Shown one piece after another: positions 54,280 to 64,000 of a DNA stretch of 64,000 nt. Origin of the DNA: Catajapyx aquilonaris (taxonomy: Eukaryota); contig JYFJ02001668.1 of the NCBI GenBank assembly GCA_000934665.2, forward strand, positions 1 through 64,000. The letters run 5' to 3'. The notes under the pieces were generated by a model. That model did no database searches and was not told where the DNA came from. It saw only the letters and a program-made list of their open reading frames with translations. Within the stretch, counting starts at the first letter, position 1. Every line of letters begins with the position of its first letter. The position numbers and the translations under genes are program-made.

Positions 54280-57200
54280 CAACCTGAGACGAACAAGCGC
54301 TCAGGATGATAATGATGCCCCTTCGTAATTCAAACTCTGCCACAGTCACTCATAGGAAGGAGGTTACAGAATGGGAGGCACTGCGATAGGAGGACATGTT
54401 GTAGGGGAGCAAAAGGGGGAGAAAAAGGGGAGAAAAGGGGGGAGCAGGAAACCATCTGATTTACAAGTCAGGTTTTCCTGGAAGTTGCACCAACCCACAC
54501 TGCCTGCACTTGCCAATTCTAATCAAATTTCCGTCCTCCAAACTACTCCAGTCCGGAGAGGACAAGGTCTTCAAGTGGTATTGCCAGGGCCCTTATTAAA
54601 TAAGTTTTGTGTGCGGATGTTTTAAGCACATGTCTGCTTAATTAAGTTGCGGAAAAAAGACTGGTAGATAATTTTGCTTTCAAGTTGCGGCAGAATTGGA
54701 GAGTAATATTAGTGGCAATGCTATCAGAGCTACGTTTCCTGACTTGGCTTGAGTGGGATTGGGAAAAAGGAGGACATGCATTTGATGGCTCGGATTTGAT
54801 CGCAGACATAAAATCGGATTTTGCCGGCTGTTAACTGGGGTAACATGAGAATCCTCGTCCGACGAGTAGAGAAATTGAAAAAACGACTACCGTTCGGATT
54901 TTGTTTATTTTGAATGATTGGATGCCTCACTCTCATTGCATAATCTCTACTGAAATGCATTTTAAAAAGTCATTATTTAGACATAACACACAATTTCAAG
55001 TAATAAAACGGGCTTGGTGGCACTGACTTCAGTTGGCGTTTCATCGAATGTGGCCCATTTCAGCAGATAATTTTGCATGTGACATCAGGACTACTGTATA
55101 TTATTTTGACAGTTGCACCCGTCGCTTGCTTGCATGATACAGGACAAATGAGGGCTAATCGTGAAAACAACTCCCTAATTGGGGTACCTTGTCACGGTAA
55201 TCTAAACAGCCCGAATGTGCCTTTGGCTGGATTGCGGAAGTGTTTCTTGACGTCTGTGGCGCCGTGCCAGCAGGACGCACTGAATTGCCATGAGTTTTAT
55301 GGCCGAATGGAGTCAGCTTTGTCAGAAACGCCAAGAAATGGCCACTATCAACCATATGCATCGCTAATTACAACATGGCAATGGCTGTGCTATTGTTGGA
55401 TTTACAAAGCCACATACAAATTGGGTAAAAAAGTTTGAACAAAATTATCGTCGTGGGATTTTTAAAAGTCAATCAATGGCAACAAGTCAATAATAGTTTG
55501 TACTAGCTCTTGCATACAGGTCTAGCCAGATTCGTGAAGCGTTACACCCCTTTTAAATACTATCTGTATAAACTGCGTGGTCCACACTGAACCACTAATC
55601 CGTTTTGGGTATATGGTAAATACATTTTAGATGCATACGAATCTCGTTACGGTCAAAGCCACACTGCATGTTACATGCGGTATTAATGCATGGCGTTCTA
55701 CATTACTAATTTAAAAATAGCCTCATTTCAGGCCTACACGGGCGATGGGCAGCGGAGCAGATTTTGCTCTACAAAAATTTTGTTCCACGTGCCATGTGTT
55801 TCAAAGTGAGCTCATGAACATACGATCGGGCAAATGCTGCAGTGTTATATTGCGGACGCTAGTTCTTTCGCAATATATCCCGTGAGCGATGCCACTACCT
55901 GCGACACATTTTTTATCGTCACCATCATTACATTACTCACTCGTGGCAAGGGAGGAATATGCCGCAGATAGTGGCACTCACACGTAATATTCCGAGAGAA
56001 CTTCATCAATACGAATCTAAACAAACTTTGAGACAAACGAAAATTTTTCAACAATACGGACACTACGGGCCTAAAGTACCATTATCATCAAATTGTCACA
56101 GTATACCGTAATACAGCGATTTTTTATGAAGATATATGTACAGTACTTTTGAGTAATAAGCTACACGACTGTAGTAATTAGGGGAATATTACAAGTGCCT
56201 GCTATTACTTTTTTTTCTAATGCCTCATACTCCTAGAACATGACCAGTAAGCATCTCCTGATCCTGAGAAAAATTCTGCACCTGCGTGCCAAAATACTGC
56301 ACGTATTATGACGGGAATCCGCGAAGGCGGGTCATTTCAGAGTATACGACTTTTTTGTGACTGGTCTGAGGGACGTGTGATCTTTGTTGGAGCCACACTT
56401 GAGCGGCCGGAAAAAAGGGCGCGTCGAAATTAGCAAACGCCAGAGTTTTTGGAAGATCCGTTCCGACAGACATCTAGGCAGACATTTTACGGTATCGCAG
56501 GCGTAGAGCCTGACTCCGCCAATCCCAATCTCGCAGGAGGGAAACCGTTTACATTCCACTCCGATAAAGTTTACGCCTTGATTTTGCTCCATTCGCAGGC
56601 CAAGCCTCGCGAAAGTAACAATTTGCATGCGGGGGGAAAAGCAAAGCAAATGATCGCCAAGTTTGACGAGAGTGTTTAAACGTAATTTAGTTCTGCTCGT
56701 CGTAAGCAGAAACCCCGGGAAATTTCTTCCGGGATCAAACAGAATATCATGTGGCTCCCGGAAAAGGCGGTCAGTCAACTCCAAACCACCTGACCTCCCT
56801 GCCAAAGTTAGCCTCAGCCAGAGTCGGGCATTAAATAACCGTCGTTACTCGATCCCTACCCTGGATCGATCGCTAGTTGCGCGACTTTGGCAGAAACTAA
56901 TTAGGTTCCTTCTCTTTCTACGTGTTTTTTTTCTAAGGGAAGTATCTCAACATTGGGCGGCAAACAGTTACTCGGAATGGGGCGCCTCCGATTTGTCGAT
57001 CTGCGAGCAGCATTCTTTTCCCAGCTCAAACAACTCTCCGCACATGCGAGAGAATTTCCGCTGCAAGCCTTCGGGACTCCTCATCATGAATCTTTGAACA
57101 TCGCATCGTCTTAATCTAGGTTCCCTAAATGGAGCACCCGTCCTTTGGGTTTCTCAAGGCAAACTCGGTTGCAGGGCTCGAGTAAACCATGCTCCCGATC

Positions 57201-60200
57201 CCACTCATGCCAATGTACACTTCGCTTCTCTCATTTTGCATATACTGTGCCGTACGTGCCACCTACAGTGTATAGACTTTCGCTTGCGTTAAGCAATCTC
57301 AAGTGGCTTGTTATTCGTCAAGCTTCTTGGTGCTCCGCCAATGACGTTATTGAGCCGGAATAAACATGTCTTAGGCATCCCAAAAGTTCAACTGTATTCA
57401 CAGAATTAATAAAGTCAACAGCTCTTGCAATTACTTGAAGGAAGACAAACATATCTCGAGTCAACGACTTGAGGAAGAGCTCGAGATGTCTCAAGTGCAC
57501 TCTATAGCATGCCTATATATAGAGCTTCAACCTAGTGCATTGAGCACTTAGTAGTGGTTGATGAAAGGCACCTATACGTTTTTTTTACTTGGCCAGAGAG
57601 GCAATAAAAATATTTCAAAGCTAGAGGGGAAAAAAAGAAATATCGAATTCTAGTGACAAGAGCCAACAGAGTAGCGTCATTCAGACAGTCGGGAAAAACT
57701 GTTCTTGAACCGATTGTGTCCTTTAAAGTTGAACCAACACTAAATAACAATGGAAAATCATGATCGGTTCAGGAACGAGTCCAGTTCACTCGGGACAGTC
57801 TGAATGACCCTTGTAACTCAATGTGGTGAGAAGTTCGGGGCAAAGTTTGGTGAATAACTGAATTACTGTCCCGTCGGCAATCGGAACGACCAGTCCTCTG
57901 TGTCCACGGCAACATGGGAAATTTCTGTAAACTTGTGAGGCATTCACTCTCTTATCGAATCTCCCGGCTATCATATACCTGTCCATTGATGTTACTCACC
58001 TCATCCTTTAATATCCGACTTTCAGCTAAGGAAGTGAAGGGCGTTAACCGACTAGAGGCTAAAATTGTTTGGTTATTGCATCCCTGCAAGCTTTTATTTT
58101 TGGGAAAGAAACAGGCCGGTCTTAGAAGTTACTGTGCTCGTGACGTCAAAATCTGCTCGTTCAATTCCGACTCCAGCCACAAAAGCGCTGCTCTCCATCA
58201 TTTGGGATGAAAAGCAAAATGGACCACGGATGGCCCGAGTCAGTGATAACGGCCACCTCACCATCACCCCACCTCACCTTTTGTCAGGCATGTTACCCTA
58301 TTTTCAAGATTTATCTCCAGAGACCATAAAACAAGACGACATCGTAAAAACAAACTTTGGGTCGCACTCGCCCTAACTCCCTTCCACCCCTACCACGCCC
58401 ATTTACCCCTGAACCTAACCCACCCCCGCCCTCCTCTTAAGAGTTCAATTGACGCCCGTTTCTTTACAGCTTTTCAAACGATCGTCAGGAATGACATGGA
58501 ACGCACGTAATCCCCCCTTCGGTCGATGTACTTGACAGACTTAAAACCACGACCCCCATAATCCATGCTAGACTTCACAGGCTCCCCCGTTCGGAGCAGC
58601 ACTCTACTAACTGTGGTCTAGAATGAATAGAATCTGGCAGCACTGACCCGAGACCCTGTAACGACTCAGGATTGATTCTTCAGGGTAGCAGCGCTTCAGG
58701 CAAAAGAGCATACTTTCCCTTTGATCTTCGAAGACGTTACGGGATTCCGAGATGAGAAGGGAGGCGAGGCTGGAGGATCAGAAACGCAGCTTAATATCAC
58801 TCACTTGGACTTCCGCGCGTTAGGTCTGCCAGAGATACTTGCGACTCATTCTTGGAGGATTTGACCCAGAGACTGATGTGCACACAAAGAACTGGGGGAG
58901 AAAATGTGAGAATTGGAGACGTTTGATCGCCGAATCAACTAACAAGGGGGAAGTATAACTTGTGCGTTAACATGCCGTGAACGGTTCGGATGGAATTCAA
59001 CTGGATAAATTTATGGGGGTCAATCGTGGATACTGGAGGATCTTTCAGTTGGTATTGGTGGCACTGAAGTAATTGCCTTTTAGTCTCTTATAGCATGTTC
59101 TTCAGCTAAATGGCCATATTGAGTATGATAACGAAAGTTGTTAGAGTATTTTCCCACCAATCATTTATTAATTTCCTGCATTATCCGACTGTATGCTACT
59201 GTGTAATGTCGTTACATAAGAGTTGATCTCTTACCTAACTAGGTCATGGATATTTCAAATTCTGAAACGTATTAAGCACTAAATTCCCATGGGTTATGAA
59301 AGTTTCACAAAATTCGTTAATACCGGTACGTCATTGTCAATTTTTTTATCGCATTTGTGACGAGCAAGGCTGTGGGTGTGACCGGCTCTGTTTGCAAGAT
59401 ATTACATGGTATCTGAAATATGGTAAATATGAGTTTGTACGTACAATACATGCCTGCATTTCGTTAATTATTTTTCTGGTTATTGGAGCGTTGTGAGCTG
59501 TCAGAGGTAATTGATATGTACTCAAAATGTTATTTAAACGTTGAAACGTTGAACATGTACGCAGTGATCCCAGTATATTTGTACATTTTGAGATTACAAG
59601 TAGTGCTGTGTGTTTTCTCCCCTTTTAGAATAACATGCAATTATGAATTAAGCCATAAAATTGATGTAGCATTGGGAACAGCAACATTCAGCTAATTTAA
59701 ACAATGTAATAACAATTTCTGGCTAGTGGTTGCAGCATTCATACACTGCCTTATAATTATGCAGAATACACAATGAGTCTTAATTATATTTATTCGGTAT
59801 ATTTAAAAAAAATCCACTGTACGCAGCTTTTAATTTTCATATTATTTTTCAGCCTGTTCCTCTTTGAAAGCGAGGCATTTTGTTTGTGTGTAGTACAGTA
59901 TCAGCAAAATGTAACAACAGTAGATTATTGTGTCCAAAACGCACAAATTCAACGCACCTTTATGCTTGGTTTATCAAAGCAGCTCGGAGCATACAATTTT
60001 CACATTACGATGGTAAATATAGGGGCTGATATTCATAATTATCATCAAAACATCCACTGCCATAGAATATTTGCAAATGTTGGGAGCAAATGTACAGACT
60101 GTGAGCATTCAGCTTCATTCCCGTCCTACGCACTAATATTATTATTGTGACTTCACCCTAATACCTTCTCAAAATTTGTAAGTGGCACAGTTTATAGATC

Positions 60201-62023
60201 TTCTCCTGCGGAAGCGAGAGAGCTCCCCAGTTTGAACGCTTATAAAACCGGACCTAGCAGGTTTACATTTCCTTCTTAAAATTCGCTTTGAGCTCGTTTA
60301 CCCAGCAGATTCCAACCGAATGATGTCAACCAAAAAAACACCGGAGAGCTATCCTTTGAAACCCGAATTCCCCCGTTTCTGAGTGACTAAAACTCTCACT
60401 GAACACTGTAATTGAATCCCTCCTTTGTACTGACATGCATGTTAATATGTGACTCTATACCCAGTACTTTTCCTTGACAAAAATGTCTGATATCGTGTAG
60501 CCGACCAACTCTTTTTTTCAAACTACCCGAGGATATGACACGGTAAAAGAGATACCGTCCACTCCCTACATTTTTGTGCGTCTTTGAAGTGTTGCTAGGT
60601 ATGAGGCACGTAATCTGACGGTTTAGAGTCAGGTCTATTCCACAGTAAACGCGTTACTAAACCGGTCAGTTAATTCCCATCCCTTCAAACTAAAATGTTA
60701 TACGTTAAGTTTCTGATGGGCTACGAACTAATTATTTTTAATAATGACACTATACGTCCAAGTTTAAAATTGATGAGACTGATGTGCCTCGCAGTGGTGG
60801 CGAAGTTTCTCAGTTGATTGAAAATTAACGTTTTCACGTGGCGTCTTCTGGCAATATACTTCAGCCAAGAACAAAGAGAATGTTTTTGCCAACAAGACTT
60901 TATATGACTGCAGGCGAGACCTTTACTTGAGAGGAATGAGGGAGGTCGAGGGAAATTAAACACGCATTCAACCAATGCCAGACTTCTCCGTCACTGTTCC
61001 AGAGGTGGGCACACAAGAGACAGACTAAGCAAAAATGTTGGGCGCGAATTCAAAAGAGTATTATGTTTAGACCTGTTCCGAGATAAGAGAAGACACAATG
61101 TCCAACGTGCTCGATGAAAAGTATGCATACTCTGAAGAAAAATTTGGAGGCATGACATTTGACATGGTCCAGAAACCAAACCTCTTCGGTTCCTTGTTAT
61201 TTTTTGTCAAGTTCTGTAGTAGTAGGGCGCTATATGTTCAAACTGGTATTTTAGATTCAGGAAAACCTTCAAAAAACATATTCAAATGCATGTCTGGAGG
61301 CTAGATTGTAAAGAGGAGCATCCGGCCAAAGAAGCTTTTAGGGCATAATGATGATAAGTCCCATCGATTTTATTCAGGCCAATAACTACACGTCATGGCC
61401 TATGATAGTTAATATTTATTGATTTTGTCATATTATGGTCTGCATGCATTAAAGTAACAAGGACATTCAATGTGATCTCAATCTTACTCGAAAGTAGAAA
61501 ATAAAATGTTCTCCAAAATTGTGCTTCGAGTGTACGAAAATTTAATAAATTTTGTACGCCCTTAGTTATTTAATATTTAAATAAATACGGTAAGCATTTT
61601 TCACATACGTGTGAGAATGCCACATTTCCCCACTTAAAACTTCCTTTCACAAAAGCGACTTTTATACATAAACCCGTGGATTTTTTTATATATTTTCCGT
61701 TCACATAAATGCTCATATTAGCTAACTTATCAACTTAATTATTTTGTGAAAAAATTGAGGGGAAGAGCTTTTTCAGTAGAAAATGACATCTCACGTGACA
61801 TCAAATATTTTCACAAATCTTGGTATAGTAGGCCTACTTACCCTATGTACGGCGGAACCAGTACAAACCACGATTACAGTCAATATTTTTGTCAATCTAT
61901 TGTGTACCTCAAGGAGTATTCCAGACGACTTGATTCGGAGCATGTGCGCTTGTTTATACATGGTCCTGACCTTTACACAACATTATGCATGGAGTGCAGC
62001 ACACTAGAACTAACAACGTAACG

Positions 62024-62069
62024 TCGGGGGCATTACAGTATGGTTCTATAATACTGTAATGCCCTCCGA
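62024..62069. repeat. Isolated short hairpin with a 14-bp perfect stem and 9-nt loop
   Basis: GGGCATTACAGTAT (62028-62041) pairs with ATACTGTAATGCCC (62051-62064); the stem extends by 4 bp across a 1-nt bulge. Confidence 0.8.
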
Positions 62070-64000
62070 ATTTCATTGTCCTATAGGACAATGGAATTAT
62101 TTCCCCACCACTTCCTGGGGTATATCAGTGGGCCAGAGGTCATCACATTGGCTTTTATAAGGCTAATATTGGTATAGAAGAGGAGAGGGGTGGGTGAGGC
62201 TGAGATATTGAATTCGCCAAACATTTGCAAATGCAAGGCCAGCTGCGCCCCTGCATTTGCCAAAGATATTGGCCGAACACTATAAACGAAGGATTGGACG
62301 TGGCAATTTTTTCATCTAGCGATTACTCGCATCCAACTGGCGGATTGTCCCACTATATAGACGATAGGCATGGGCATTGCGATACCTCAGGATGAGGGAT
62401 ATTCACGTATTCAACTGAGAAAATTGAGAAACGTAAACAGTCATACAGTATTCCTCTACAGTCTACACCACAGAGTTTTAAGCTAAATACGATTTTCGAG
62501 TTTACAAAAGCATCCCATGATGGTAAATTGACTACTTGAGAGTATTTGTCAAAGGCAAATGCTGGATTCAAGGAATCTTCTGCATTTTATGAGCATTTTG
62601 TGATATCTAACACGTTGTGTATTTCGTACAGGTGGGTTTCAAAGACATGCTAACATTGGCATATTGGCACACCGCTTTATCTGTCAAGTCATTAATGCCT
62701 GCTACTAGAGGGTGGAAAGTTTATCACCATTACTGCATTTATGGAAAAAACATATAATGGATAGCTATTCTGATAACAGAGGTTTGCTGTGGCGGACTTC
62801 TTAGGTGGAGGTATACTGAGACACTGTAGTAGGGTGAACTGCATAGTGATGGCCAGTTTAGCGTATTGGTTAGAGTAATACAGGAATACCATCAGAATTT
62901 CTTTCTGCATAAATTTTCTAAAATGTTTATCTAATACCAGAGGATTAGTTCACATTCCATCAAATTAATTTAAATCTGTCAGCATGTGTGCGTGTATTTA
63001 AATGCACAAAATATACTCCCTAAAAGACAGTAATGGCCTACAAATGATAATGGCCAGGTGCCAAGATAGTGATTGTCATGGCAGCAAAACAATAGGATTT
63101 CTACAGTAGCAACCTAAGGACAGTATATAGGGACCATTGGTATTAAGGCCGTAGGTGTAACTGACGTGAGATAAATCCACACAAAAGCATGCAGGTTGTA
63201 GAAACTGGCGTCACTGTATGGTTTATCCTACATGAGCAGCAGGTCTGTTTGTGAGGTGCCATTACTGCTCTTGTAATGACCTCAGTGGACTGATTTTCGA
63301 CCTAGTTCAAGCCAAGGGTTCCAGGTGTCACAACATGGTCACTTTTTCATGGTATGGCATTTACACGGCTTATTTCGTAAAGAACCCAGAGGCAGTGGGC
63401 CATCACTGTAGGGCGGGCCATCACTGTACGGTTTACCCTAATTTTATTTTTGCGCAGTAAGGTGCACAGTTCTTATATTAATGCTACGCGTTACAGGGGT
63501 AATTAACACACCTGCCTACTGTGAAAAGTCAACCATAGTGGGATTATGCATAATATTTTTATACACCGCTTCAAAACGCAAAAACGTTCTAATACAAATG
63601 TTCCTGTGCAGACTGTTCTGGTCCTGCAGCTGAATCAGTTTTCTGTGACTTCCGTATTCTTCGTGAGCGTCGGGCTGCGACGCCTGCTTTCCACGCTGTC
63701 TATAAATCATGGCTGAAAATTAACTACTTGCCACATGTGTTCAAATGCTGTGGTTTTGCAAGAATTCCTCTGGAGCTTGCAGTCAGTATTTGGAACTCTT
63801 TTTCCTCAGTCAGTGGAACGCGAACGCATTACCGGTAGTGTAGTAGTTTGAGCTTTAGATGTAGTCCACTCGATTATGGCCACGCTTAATCCCGAGTACA
63901 CAGATTTTAGTGTTTTTTTGGCAAAGCATGTGCCAAATATATGATAGATTTGAGATAGCTGTCGCATATTATGCGTAATGTGGTTGATGTACTTGTACAG

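Noticed and set aside
63240..63270. TGTGAGGTG (C-E-V), candidate for the next Beat exon
   Set aside because: The context translates as SVCEVPLL, lacking the G-x-Y-x-C pattern and the rest of the Ig F/G strands.
63397..63428. 14-bp direct repeat GGGCCATCACTGTA, two copies
   Set aside because: Simple local duplication with only two copies; not an array or CRISPR-like structure.

Overview
Eukaryotic, almost certainly arthropod, genomic DNA that is mostly non-coding. I recognise no ORF-track entry as a complete gene. The one gene I can support is spliced and encodes a Beaten path (Beat)-family immunoglobulin protein on the + strand. It has a probable signal-peptide exon at 10501-10573 (phase-1 donor G|GTAAGT) and a clear Ig-domain exon at 50478-50683 (phase-1 acceptor), separated by a putative ~39.9 kb intron. 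Later exons appear to lie beyond the window. The first 4.2 kb is a dense pile of non-autonomous DNA elements: a Helentron/HINE-like 3' end, three TA-flanked elements with TAGTC(C/T)GG...CC(G/A)GACTA ends (one a 1.35 kb foldback palindrome built from ~284-bp units), another TIR element, and a mini-Helitron hosting two of them. A perfect palindrome with 98-bp arms sits in the intron at 22934-23152. The most unusual pattern is that palindromic elements repeatedly sit at the TA on the symmetry axis of an older hairpin. All alignments were done by eye and no database search was run, so I cannot establish novelty.
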